Shown here: positions 39,793 to 48,616 of the stretch, one piece after another
Layout of the letters: the number at the start of each line of letters is the position of its first letter
Position numbering within the stretch: position 1 is the stretch's first letter
Virus record (IMG/VR): IMGVR_UViG_3300036792_000267
Span: 1 to 64,000 of that record
Length of the DNA stretch: 64,000 nucleotides
Reading direction: 5' to 3' (one strand)
Source: a virus
The notes under the pieces: model-generated
The model's database searches: none
Seen by the model: the letters and a program-made list of their open reading frames with translations, nothing else
What the model was told of the DNA's origin: nothing
Made by a program: the position numbers and the translations under genes

Positions 39793-40589
39793 TTGGTCCC
39801 GCCTCCGGCTTCATTTAGCATGACGAGTGCCCCGCTAAAGGGGACCTGCTGCGCAAGCACAAGTCGCCGGTGCAGGACGCGCGCAACTACTTTCACGGCA
39901 ACGTGGTTGACCTGGCCATGCGCCGCTGGCTGAGCCAGGAGGACCCGGAGGCCGGGTGGATGGCCGCCCAGGTCGACGCGATCTTCGATGAGTCCATCGG
40001 CATCGCCAGGGACTCTGGTGACGGCATCGTCCGGTGGAAAGGCCCCAACGACAAGAACGAGACCCGCGAGTTCTGCCGCGAGCTGGTGAAGCGGCTGGAG
40101 CCTATCCTGTGCAAGTACGCTATCCCGTTTGAGTGGCAGCCCGCGGAGCGGTTCTCTGTGCCCCTCCGGATCGAGGACCTGAACGGGTCGATGCGCGAGA
40201 TCATCCTCATCGGCGAGATGGACTTGCTGGTGCGTGACCGCGAGGGGCGGTACGCGGTCTGGGACCTGAAGGCGACCAGGGACAACAGCTACTACAAGAA
40301 GGTGCTCGGCCAGCTCGCGTTCTACGCCATCGCCGTGAAGGCGATGAAAGGCCAGTTCCCGGTGATGACGGGACTGATTCAGCCGATGTGCGACCAGCGG
40401 GTGCTCCCGGTCACCGTCGACCATGACGCGGTAGCCCAGATGGCTGGCCGCATTACCAAGGCCGCCCGCGACATCTGGGCCGGCAAGCTCGCCCCAAAAG
40501 CTGACAATGCCGGGTGCGCGTACTGCCCGGTGAAGCACGCCTGCCCCAAGTTCAGCTCCGGCGGCCGGGCAGCCCTGGCTGCGGCGTAG
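39752..40589 (+). CDS. Cas4/RecB-like PD-(D/E)XK exonuclease, interrupted by 7 nt at 39815-39821
   Basis: LSWSRLRLH/DECP, GEMDL..DLK, QLAFY, CAYCPVKHACP; GGAGGAGG RBS. Confidence 0.8.
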
Positions 40590-40597
40590 TACCTGAC

Positions 40598-40849
40598 ATG
40601 GGACTTGAGGAGACGGTAGCCAGGCTGCGCGAGGACGTGACTGCCGCCCAGCGCCAGCACGCCAGCGCAGCGGCGCAGGCAGAACAGGCCGGCGCCCGCG
40701 CTGCCACGGTCCGCGAGGACCTGGAATCCGGGTTCGGCGTGACCACTGTGGAAGCAGCCAAGGCTGAGCTAGCCAGGCTGGAGAGCAAGCTCGCGACCGA
40801 GGCAGCCGAGGTACGGCGGCAGCTCGGCCTGGCAGGAGGGGCAGCATGA
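40598..40849 (+). CDS. Small coiled-coil protein
   Basis: Heptad pattern. Confidence 0.65.
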   Translation: MGLEETVARLREDVTAAQRQHASAAAQAEQAGARAATVREDLESGFGVTTVEAAKAELARLESKLATEAAEVRRQLGLAGGAA

Positions 40850-42015
40850 CCAAAGAAGCAGGGGCTGACTACGGCTCCCTGGAGTTCACCGTCCGGCGGG
40901 CCATGTTCGCCCAGCTGGCGGACTGGGTGATGACCGCCGTCCCGAGCAGCGCCACGCTCCCGGTCAACGGCTGCTTCCAGGTCACCGTGAGCCCTGAGAA
41001 CCTGCGGGTGGCTGCCACCGACCAGGCTAAGGCGGTGCTTGCCGAGATCCCCGCCATCTCCTCGCAGTCGTCCGGGCAGGTCTACCTGCCGGCCAAGAAG
41101 CTGCGGTCGATCCTGAGCGAGGCCCGTGAGGGCGATGTCACCGTGTCGGTCAAGGCCGGCACGGCGGCGGTGACCGCGGGCTCGGCCAGCTGGCAGCTTC
41201 GCCTGCCCAGCCCTGACGGCTACACCGGGATGCCTGACCTGGAGTCGGCCGCGTTCGCCCCGGTCAGCCGGGAGGCCCTGCGCTGGGCGCTCGACACCGT
41301 GCGGCACGCGGTCGGCAAGGACGCCGGCCGTCCGGCGTTCACCCAGGTCCGTATCGCCGAGGCTGCCGGGCAGATGCTCGCTTGCGCGGCTGACGCCAGC
41401 CAGTTCGCTTCCGCGCCGGTGAACGGCTTCCCGCGTGACATGCTCATCCCCGGCGGCGTGCTGGATGACCTGCTTAAGCTGCTGTCCAAGATCCCGGTGG
41501 ACGACATCGAGGTGGCCGAGTCCGGCCCCTACGCGGTGTTCCGGGTCGGCACCGTTACCCTGGCGGCGCTGCGGATGGGCGCCCCGTTCCCGAATGTCGA
41601 CCAGCTGTTCCTTGGTCCGGTCAAGGGCAATGACATGAAGCTGGGCGTCGACAAGGACGAGCTGACCGCCGCGCTGCGCCGGGTCAGGGTCAATGTCGAC
41701 GCCAGCACGTCGGCGGTCGCGCTCATCGCCGACACCGCCCCTGGCGGCCGGGGCCGGCTGACCGTCACCGGCCGGGACAAGGGGGGCAACAGCGCTGAGG
41801 AGGTCATCCCAGCGTCCTGGGCGGGCGAGCAGCACCTCATGGTCGTCAACGCGGTGTTCCTGGCCAGCCTGCTGGCTGCCCACCCGGGCGCCACCTGCGA
41901 GTTCATGGTGGGCAAGGATCGCGGCCGGGTGCGCGCGCCCCTCCTGCTCAGGGACGAGGACAAGCAGGTCACCGGGACCTGCCCGCAAATGCCGCCCGCG
42001 CTCGTGGGCTACTAA
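40846..42015 (+). CDS. dnaN: DNA polymerase III beta sliding clamp
   Basis: LRVAATD, VGKDAGRPAFT, FPNVDQL, ALRRV; 389 aa. Confidence 0.85.
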   Translation: MTKEAGADYGSLEFTVRRAMFAQLADWVMTAVPSSATLPVNGCFQVTVSPENLRVAATDQAKAVLAEIPAISSQSSGQVYLPAKKLRSILSEAREGDVTVSVKAGTAAVTAGSASWQLRLPSPDGYTGMPDLESAAFAPVSREALRWALDTVRHAVGKDAGRPAFTQVRIAEAAGQMLACAADASQFASAPVNGFPRDMLIPGGVLDDLLKLLSKIPVDDIEVAESGPYAVFRVGTVTLAALRMGAPFPNVDQLFLGPVKGNDMKLGVDKDELTAALRRVRVNVDASTSAVALIADTAPGGRGRLTVTGRDKGGNSAEEVIPASWAGEQHLMVVNAVFLASLLAAHPGATCEFMVGKDRGRVRAPLLLRDEDKQVTGTCPQMPPALVGY

Positions 42016-42030
42016 CAGAGAGGCACCGAG

Positions 42031-42585
42031 ATGCCCAAGTCACTGAAGCAGATGGAAGACGAGGTAGAGGCGTACTGCCGTCAGAAAGGCTGGTACGACC
42101 AGCCGGTCCGGTTTGAGCAGGCGATGGCCCTGCTGCACGAGGAGACGGCGGAGGCCGGCCACGCGTGGCGTGAGTGGGGGCTGGAAGACCACACTCTCGG
42201 GGTGACGGCGGAGAACCCGCGCGGTGGCGGTTACAGCGCCAAGCCCCAGGGCGTCGGCAGCGAGTTCGCTGACGTGCTCATTCGCATGCTGGACGATGAC
42301 CGTCGCTTCGGCCTGATGCTGGCGGAGTACCTGGAGGATGACCCGGAGATCTTCAAGCTTGACGAGGAGTTCCTGGTCAACATCAACACGCTGCACGGCC
42401 TCATCGCTCAGGTGACGACTGCCTGGGCAACCAGTGGCGAGTGCCAGTTCACGGCTTTCGCCGTGGTGCTGTCGTTCCTGCGCCAGCTGGCCCGGCAGTC
42501 GGGTATCAACCTTGTGGCTGAGTATGAGAGAAAGATGGACTATAACCACACTCGCGAATACCGGCACGGGGGCAGGCGGGCTTGA
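42031..42585 (+). CDS. MazG-like nucleotide pyrophosphohydrolase
   Basis: LLHEETAE, SEFADVLIR, KMDYNHTR. Confidence 0.8.
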   Translation: MPKSLKQMEDEVEAYCRQKGWYDQPVRFEQAMALLHEETAEAGHAWREWGLEDHTLGVTAENPRGGGYSAKPQGVGSEFADVLIRMLDDDRRFGLMLAEYLEDDPEIFKLDEEFLVNINTLHGLIAQVTTAWATSGECQFTAFAVVLSFLRQLARQSGINLVAEYERKMDYNHTREYRHGGRRA

Positions 42586-42767
42586 TGGCGGTCACTGTCG
42601 GAACGTTCCGCTTGTCGAGGCAGAGTGTGGCCGTCACTGACGGCAAGCGCCACATCCAGTTCGATACCCCTGCTGACATGGTGGACTGGCTGAACCGTCA
42701 CCCGGAGGTAGTTGCCGACATCTGCCATTTCGACTGGACGACTCAGGCAGTTCTTGGTGGCCACTGA
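42582..42767 (+). CDS. Hypothetical protein
   Basis: Coupled ORF. Confidence 0.5.
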   Translation: MMAVTVGTFRLSRQSVAVTDGKRHIQFDTPADMVDWLNRHPEVVADICHFDWTTQAVLGGH

Positions 42768-43791
42768 CCTTGCGGCCCTCGCAACGGCGGTCCGGTCCAC
42801 ACGGCGGGACCTGGACCGCCAGGCGGGGCGTGCCCAGCAGGTGGCCAAGGCCGGCCAGCAGGCTGAGGCGGATATCAAGCGCCATCTGGAACGTGCCGAG
42901 TTGTGCGCCTGCACCGCAGCCCTGCTCACGAGGATCGGCGAGGAGGCGCAGGAGAGCGCCCGCGAGATGTTCGATGACCTGGCCACGCGGGCGCTGCGGG
43001 ACATCTTCGGCGACGAGTTTTCGTTCCGCCTGGTGCCCGGGGAGACTGGCGGCCAGGTGACCCTGGAGCCGGTCATCCGGTCGGAGTACGACGGCGAGGT
43101 CATCGAGACGCCCGTGCTCGAAGCGCGCGGCGGCGGCATGGCGGTGGTCGTCGGGTTTGTGCTGCAACTGGTCATGGTTCTGCTCACCCCGGGCGCGCGC
43201 AAGATCCTGTTCCTTGACGAGACGTTCGCGTTCGTGTCGGAGAGCTACACCGACCGGCTGGCGGAGTTCATCGCCAAGGTCGCTAAGAGCAAGGGCGTGC
43301 AGATTGTGATGATTACCCATGACCGGACGTTCGCGCAGTACGCCGACGTCAAGGTGCGCCTGGTGCTCGGCCCCGGCGGGGTAACCCAGGTCTACGAGGG
43401 GGAGAGCGAGTTATGCCAGGCCGTAGTCCTGACTCGATCGAGCGGTGGTTGGACGAGAACCTGTTTCGTTTCGATGGTCCCGCCCAGATGCTGGGGACCG
43501 AGCCCAACGCGACGCGCCGGAAGTGGGACCTCACTGACGTGCGGTGGCTGCTCGCCGCGAGCTGGGATTACAGCCAGGCAGCCGGCAACATGGCGATCCC
43601 CGCCCTGTACGACGCGATCCACAAGGCCGGGGTTTACACGCTGGCCGACCGTTTTTACCTTCCCGCCACCCCGCGCGACATGGACCTGCTGGAGCGCGGC
43701 CAGGTGCCGGTGTTCGGCATCGAGTCCAGGCACCAGGCCCGCGACTTCGACGTGCTGGGAACGTCTATCTCGTACACAGTTCTGTTCATGA
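42757..43791 (+). CDS. SbcC/Rad50-like ATPase, C-terminal half (effective end probably TTA 43411-43413)
   Basis: ARGGG signature, LFLDE Walker B, ITHD H-loop. Confidence 0.8.
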   Translation: MATDLAALATAVRSTRRDLDRQAGRAQQVAKAGQQAEADIKRHLERAELCACTAALLTRIGEEAQESAREMFDDLATRALRDIFGDEFSFRLVPGETGGQVTLEPVIRSEYDGEVIETPVLEARGGGMAVVVGFVLQLVMVLLTPGARKILFLDETFAFVSESYTDRLAEFIAKVAKSKGVQIVMITHDRTFAQYADVKVRLVLGPGGVTQVYEGESELCQAVVLTRSSGGWTRTCFVSMVPPRCWGPSPTRRAGSGTSLTCGGCSPRAGITARQPATWRSPPCTTRSTRPGFTRWPTVFTFPPPRATWTCWSAARCRCSASSPGTRPATSTCWERLSRTQFCS

Positions 43792-46385
43792 ACTTCTGTA
43801 AGTTCCTGACGATGAGCGGCATCCCGCTGCGCTGGAGGGACCGGAGGGAGAACGCTGCCGACTACCCGATGGTCATGGCTGGCGGCCAGGCCTACTGCGC
43901 GCCGGAGTTCATGGCCCCGGTGGTGGACTGCGTGTGGCTGGGGGAGGCCGAGGACGAAGAGGGCAATCCCGGCATCAGCGCGGTCTGCGAGGCTATCCGC
44001 AAGATGAAGGACGCGGGCTTCTGGCAGAGCGACCGCGAGCTGTGTTACCGGGACCTCGCGCGCACGTTCAACTTCCTGTACTTCCCTCGGTATACGGCGG
44101 TGGACTACCACTACGAGGACCGCGGGCTGCCGGAGCCGACGAAGATGGTGTCCGGTTACCGGAGCACGATCGAGGGTGTCGGGACCACCTTCAAGGCCCG
44201 GCGCGTGGCCAACCTCAACAAGGCTGACCTGATGACGTCAGCGCCGCTGCTGTTCGGCGACCCGGGCATGGGCTCGGGCGACGTGGAGATGCAGCGCGGG
44301 TGCCCAGCCTGGTGCGTGTTCTGCCGGATCGGCTGGGTGACCAAGCCTCCCCGGCAGGAGGACGTTGACCGCACTGTGGCCCGTGCGCTGAAGTGGCGCG
44401 ACAGCATGGGGTCGGTTGACATTTCCCTGGTCGCCCCCGACCCGCCTATGCACACCCAGAAGAAGAAGCTGATCGCCGAGCTGCTGGAGAACGTCACCGG
44501 CCGGGTGGACGCCTCCTCGATGCGGATTGACGACTACCTGTCCGACCCCGACTTCGCGCTGCTGCTGCAGGTTTCCGGGGTCACGGCGCTCACCCTCGGC
44601 CTGGAGGGCAACGCCCAGCACACGCGCGACCTGGCTGGCAAGGGCACGTCCGACGCCGACGTGGAGAAGGTCGTTACCCGGGCGATCCGGGCCGGCGTCC
44701 GCAAGATCAAGCTCTACTTCATCACCAACTGGCCCGGTGAGGAACTGGCCGACGTGATGCGGGTGGTGGAGCTGGGCAAGAAGCTGGCTGACATCCGCAA
44801 CGGGTTCGGCGAGGCCGCGGCCGGCGTGCAGATCATCTTCAGCTGGACCCCGTTGCTCATCGAGGCACAAACCCCGTTGCAGTGGTTTGAGGTCACTCCG
44901 CCCGACTACATGCTGCAGGAGGCCCTGACCGAGCTGCGGGACCACCGGATCTGGATCAAGATCGGATCTAAGGCTAGTCCGCCTAAGCTCGCGTTCTTCC
45001 AGGCGTGCCAGCGGGCCAACCGGGGCGCGGGCGAGGCCATCGTAGACGTCATCGAGCACTACGGCACGGCCAGCTGGGGCGGCTTCCCGAAGGACATGCG
45101 GGAAAGACTCGATGAGTCGATGAAAGTTCACGGGTTCCGCAACGGGCTCGATGACATCTTCGGCGAGCGGTTCTTCGAGGACCGGCTCGGCTGGGAGATG
45201 ATCGACACTGGCGTCAAGCCGTCGCTGATGTGGCGAGCTTACCGGGACATGGTGGAGTTCCTTGAAGGCACTGACGCCGGGACCTACGACGCTGATATCC
45301 CCGAGGGATATCACGGCAACGAGTGGGTGTCGCGCTGCGACCAGCATTGCTCGGGCAACTCGTGCGGGGCGTGTGACAAGCACGACCTGGAGCTGCGCCG
45401 CCAGTACGTGCAGGCCGTCGACCGCGACCTGTCCCGTGAGCCGGTCCGGCCCATCGACCAGGCGACCGTGGCTCAGCGGGTGCGGCTGAAGGTGGAGCGG
45501 CCGGCGAAGTTCCGTTTCGTGTCCGGCACCTCGCTGGAGTACATCATCCGCCGGGCTGGCTACCGGGCCCAGGCTGCCATGGCTGCGCTCGGCAGGCCCG
45601 TGCCAGACATGGCGGTGGAATCGGTGCGGCTGGCGTCGTCCGGCACCTCTTACCGCGAGCGCAGCGCCGGGGTCGACTACGCCGAGTTCGGCCTGACCCG
45701 TGTGGCCGACAACTTCGACATCGGCGAATACCTCATCAAGATGGCCGTGCACATGCATCCGCACTTGCACTGGAGCGGGAACTTCGCGGTGCTCCCGGCC
45801 GCGGCGAGGCTCCCTGCGCGCCCGCAGAGCTTGTGGGAGCTGGAGGTCGCTGACGATCCTGCGGTTCTGGTTAAGCGGCTGCAGCGGTGGGACGAGGCTG
45901 AGTCCGTGCCGGTGCTGGTCCGCGCGGACAGCTTCTACGCCGGCGCGACCGCTGTCGAGGGCGACGCTAAGGAGCACGTCTCGGACTTCTGGCTGGCCCG
46001 TGACGGGCAGCGCACCGTGCTGCGCATGCTGCTCAACGGCAAGCTCGGGCCCTACCAGGCGTACGCGGCGCTGGCCGGCAAGGCCAGCTGGATCGAGGCG
46101 GCGCGCTACACCGCGCAGCGCCTGGAGTTCTTCAGCGGCGGCGGGCAGCCGTGCGAGGGGTGCGGCATGCCGGTGCCGGCGTCCCTGCTCGACGTCCCGT
46201 GGAGCGAGCGGTACTGCCCGCGCTGCGGGGACGCGTCCGAAGGGAAGATAATCGCGGCGCTCGCGGGCGCCGGCGTATTACAGGTACCTGCGTTCGCACC
46301 TGGAGGAACCTGTGCAAGCACCCGGATTCAGCAAGCCGGCTCACGGTTACGGCCAGCCGTTCGGCATCAGCCCGGACACCACTGA
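43413..46385 (+). CDS. Radical SAM protein (TIGR03960-like) fused to TIGR03936/DUF2344-like domain (effective end probably TTA 46278-46280)
   Basis: EMQRGCPAWCVFC, DFDVLGTSISY, QRVRLKVERPAKFRFVS. Confidence 0.8.
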   Translation: MPGRSPDSIERWLDENLFRFDGPAQMLGTEPNATRRKWDLTDVRWLLAASWDYSQAAGNMAIPALYDAIHKAGVYTLADRFYLPATPRDMDLLERGQVPVFGIESRHQARDFDVLGTSISYTVLFMNFCKFLTMSGIPLRWRDRRENAADYPMVMAGGQAYCAPEFMAPVVDCVWLGEAEDEEGNPGISAVCEAIRKMKDAGFWQSDRELCYRDLARTFNFLYFPRYTAVDYHYEDRGLPEPTKMVSGYRSTIEGVGTTFKARRVANLNKADLMTSAPLLFGDPGMGSGDVEMQRGCPAWCVFCRIGWVTKPPRQEDVDRTVARALKWRDSMGSVDISLVAPDPPMHTQKKKLIAELLENVTGRVDASSMRIDDYLSDPDFALLLQVSGVTALTLGLEGNAQHTRDLAGKGTSDADVEKVVTRAIRAGVRKIKLYFITNWPGEELADVMRVVELGKKLADIRNGFGEAAAGVQIIFSWTPLLIEAQTPLQWFEVTPPDYMLQEALTELRDHRIWIKIGSKASPPKLAFFQACQRANRGAGEAIVDVIEHYGTASWGGFPKDMRERLDESMKVHGFRNGLDDIFGERFFEDRLGWEMIDTGVKPSLMWRAYRDMVEFLEGTDAGTYDADIPEGYHGNEWVSRCDQHCSGNSCGACDKHDLELRRQYVQAVDRDLSREPVRPIDQATVAQRVRLKVERPAKFRFVSGTSLEYIIRRAGYRAQAAMAALGRPVPDMAVESVRLASSGTSYRERSAGVDYAEFGLTRVADNFDIGEYLIKMAVHMHPHLHWSGNFAVLPAAARLPARPQSLWELEVADDPAVLVKRLQRWDEAESVPVLVRADSFYAGATAVEGDAKEHVSDFWLARDGQRTVLRMLLNGKLGPYQAYAALAGKASWIEAARYTAQRLEFFSGGGQPCEGCGMPVPASLLDVPWSERYCPRCGDASEGKIIAALAGAGVLQVPAFAPGGTCASTRIQQAGSRLRPAVRHQPGHH

Positions 46386-46461
46386 CGACAATTGGGCAGG
46401 TGACAGCTTCGCGGTAGTCCCTCCCCCGGAGGTTCTGGAGCCCGTTGAGCAGCCCGCCTGA
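46312..46461 (+). CDS. Small hypothetical protein (49 aa)
   Basis: GGAGG RBS, GTG start. Confidence 0.45.
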   Translation: MQAPGFSKPAHGYGQPFGISPDTTDDNWAGDSFAVVPPPEVLEPVEQPA

Positions 46462-46678
46462 GCCGCTGGCGGGGGAGAGCGCGCCCTGCCCCTACTGCGG
46501 CGGCACCGCCGAGCTTGAGCAGGATGGCGACGCTACCTACTTCGCCTGCCCGGAGTGCGAGGGCGAGTTCGGCTACCGCAAGGCCGGGAGCGGGGCGTTC
46601 TGCGCAGCGGGCCTGCCTGTCCCCGTTCCCGAGCCGGTGCTCATCGCAACCACCATCACGACGAGGAGGCCTGAATGA
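46445..46678 (+). CDS. Zinc-ribbon protein
   Basis: CPYCG...CPEC. Confidence 0.6.
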   Translation: MSSPPEPLAGESAPCPYCGGTAELEQDGDATYFACPECEGEFGYRKAGSGAFCAAGLPVPVPEPVLIATTITTRRPE

Positions 46679-47829
46679 GCGAGCCCTTGCAGCTGCAGTA
46701 CCGGCCGCGGACATTCGGTGACGTCGCTGGGCAGAAGCCGACTGTGGCCCTGCTGTACCTGATGTGCAAGCGCGGCACGGTGCCCGGCGGGATGCTCTTC
46801 TACGGCAAGTACGGGTCAGGCAAGACGACCATGGCCCGCATCGTGGCCAAGGCGCTCAACTGCGAGGCCCCGCCCGGGTCGGCCGCCAGCTGGCCGTGCG
46901 GCACCTGCGCGAGCTGCGCCGCGGTCGACAACGACACCAGCCCCGACGTGGAGGAGCTGGACGCGGCCGGCAACGGCACGGTGGCGGAGATCCGCGCTAT
47001 CCGCGAGCGGGCCTACTACGGCGCGGTCGGCGGGAAGTACAAGGTCTACATCATCGATGAGGCGCACGGCTTGTCCGGTGCGGCGTTCGAGTCCATCCTG
47101 AAGATCCTTGAGGAGCCGCCGCCGGGCGTGGTGTTCATCCTGGTCACCACCCAGTTCGAGTCCGTCCCCAAGACGGTGCGCAGCCGGTGCAGCCCGTTCC
47201 GGTTCGACCCGCTGACGGTGCCCGTCATCCGCGACCGGCTGGTGCACATCTGCCAGGCCGAGGGGTTCGCGATCGAGCCCGCGCTGCTGACCGCCATCGC
47301 CGAGGCGAGCGGCGGGGCGCTGCGCGACGCCGTGGTGCGGCTCGGCCAGGTGGCCGGCGTTGGCATCGGCTCCCTGGAGATGTGGCGCGAGCTGACCGGG
47401 GAGACTGACTTCGCGCCCGCGTTGCTGACCGCAGCGGCCGACGGCAACTACGCCGCCATGTACGCCTCGATGGCCAGTGCCCTGGCTTCCTACGGCGACG
47501 CGGGCCACGTGGCCCGCGAGGTGGTGAACTGCCTGGCTGAGCTGCTGGTGCTGTCGTGCGGCGGCGAGGTCTCCTCGCAGGGCGAGGCGCTGGCCGCCCG
47601 GCGCGAGCTGGTCACCCGGCTGGGCGCCCCCCGCGTGCAGGCGGCCATGTCGGTGCTGTGGGACCTGCACGCGCGGGTCCGGGTCGATGACCGCGAGACC
47701 GCGCTCAAGCTTGCCCTGGCCAAGCTCGCCCAGAAGCTCGCCCCGCGCGAGCAGGCCGCGCCGATCGTGGCGGCTGGAGGTGAAAGGGCCTCCGCTGAGT
47801 TCATGAGAGAGGCGCTGGGGTCCGTATGA
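46675..47829 (+). CDS. dnaX: DNA polymerase III gamma/tau clamp-loader ATPase
   Basis: YRPRTFGDVAGQ, GKYGSGKTT, PCGTCASC, IIDEAH, LEEPP, SRC. Confidence 0.9.
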   Translation: MSEPLQLQYRPRTFGDVAGQKPTVALLYLMCKRGTVPGGMLFYGKYGSGKTTMARIVAKALNCEAPPGSAASWPCGTCASCAAVDNDTSPDVEELDAAGNGTVAEIRAIRERAYYGAVGGKYKVYIIDEAHGLSGAAFESILKILEEPPPGVVFILVTTQFESVPKTVRSRCSPFRFDPLTVPVIRDRLVHICQAEGFAIEPALLTAIAEASGGALRDAVVRLGQVAGVGIGSLEMWRELTGETDFAPALLTAAADGNYAAMYASMASALASYGDAGHVAREVVNCLAELLVLSCGGEVSSQGEALAARRELVTRLGAPRVQAAMSVLWDLHARVRVDDRETALKLALAKLAQKLAPREQAAPIVAAGGERASAEFMREALGSV

Positions 47830-48059
47830 GAACAGACCTGTCTGACCGGCATCCGTCCACGCAGCAAGTGGGCCAGTGGCTTACGCCGAATCCCAATCTT
47901 CCGGCAGGTGCTCCCGCTACCGTGGCTGCCGTGATGTGCGACACGCGGGACAGGCTGCTTGAATTGTGCGATGACGGGCCGGAGTTTACCGTGGCCCTGC
48001 GTCACCTGGTCGACGCCAAGGACGCGGCGGTTCGCCAGGCCATCGCTGACGCGAGGTAG
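47826..48059 (+). CDS. Small protein, Acb2/Tad1-like candidate
   Basis: DGPEFTVALRHLVDAKDAAVR pattern. Confidence 0.45.
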   Translation: MRTDLSDRHPSTQQVGQWLTPNPNLPAGAPATVAAVMCDTRDRLLELCDDGPEFTVALRHLVDAKDAAVRQAIADAR

Positions 48060-48061
48060 GC

Positions 48062-48616
48062 GTGGCCCTTCGTTTTGACGAGGAGTGGATGGGCCAGGGG
48101 CAGCTCGACGTGCTGGCGGCCCTGGCTCAGTCCACCAGCCGCCTCGACGGCGAGGCCATCGAGATCGGTACCTGGCAGGGCCGCTCGGCCATCCCTATCG
48201 CCAACGCCATCGCGCCCAAGGTCTTGCACGTCGTGGACCACTGGGAGGGCGACGACCCCGCCGCAGTTGCGCAGGGGCTCGGCATCCCGGCTGAGCTGGT
48301 CAAGCGGGACAACTACGGGATCTTCACCGCCAACGTCGCTGAGGCCACCCAGGGCAACGTGAGTGTCTGGAAGATGGGCTGGCGCGAGTTCGCCGGCCAG
48401 TGGGACCGCCCGATCCGGTTTCTGCACCTGGATGCCACGCATACGACGCGGGAGGTGTCGGAGAACATCGCCGCGCTGCTGCCGCACGCCATGCGCGGGG
48501 CGGTCTTCGCCGGCGACGACTGGAACTGGCCGACGGTCGCGGCCGGGGTGCGCGAGCAGTTCTCCGGCGACAAGATCAACGTCCTGTTCGACAAGCTCTG
48601 GTGGGTCCAGTTGTGA
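48062..48616 (+). CDS. Class I SAM-dependent methyltransferase (Methyltransf_24-like)
   Basis: IEIGTWQGRS, VDHW, FLHLDATH, GDDW. Confidence 0.8.
   Translation: MALRFDEEWMGQGQLDVLAALAQSTSRLDGEAIEIGTWQGRSAIPIANAIAPKVLHVVDHWEGDDPAAVAQGLGIPAELVKRDNYGIFTANVAEATQGNVSVWKMGWREFAGQWDRPIRFLHLDATHTTREVSENIAALLPHAMRGAVFAGDDWNWPTVAAGVREQFSGDKINVLFDKLWWVQL

Noticed and set aside
39199-39818. Group I intron carrying the endonuclease
   Set aside because: The ORF fills the whole interval, no intron core pairings are visible, and the duplicated gene start with its own RBS makes splicing unnecessary.
39818-39824. RF2-style +1 frameshift at GCA-TGA-C
   Set aside because: tRNA-Ala cannot re-pair from GCA to CAT, and it would add two residues to the conserved motif; the CAT-to-CAT hop fits better.
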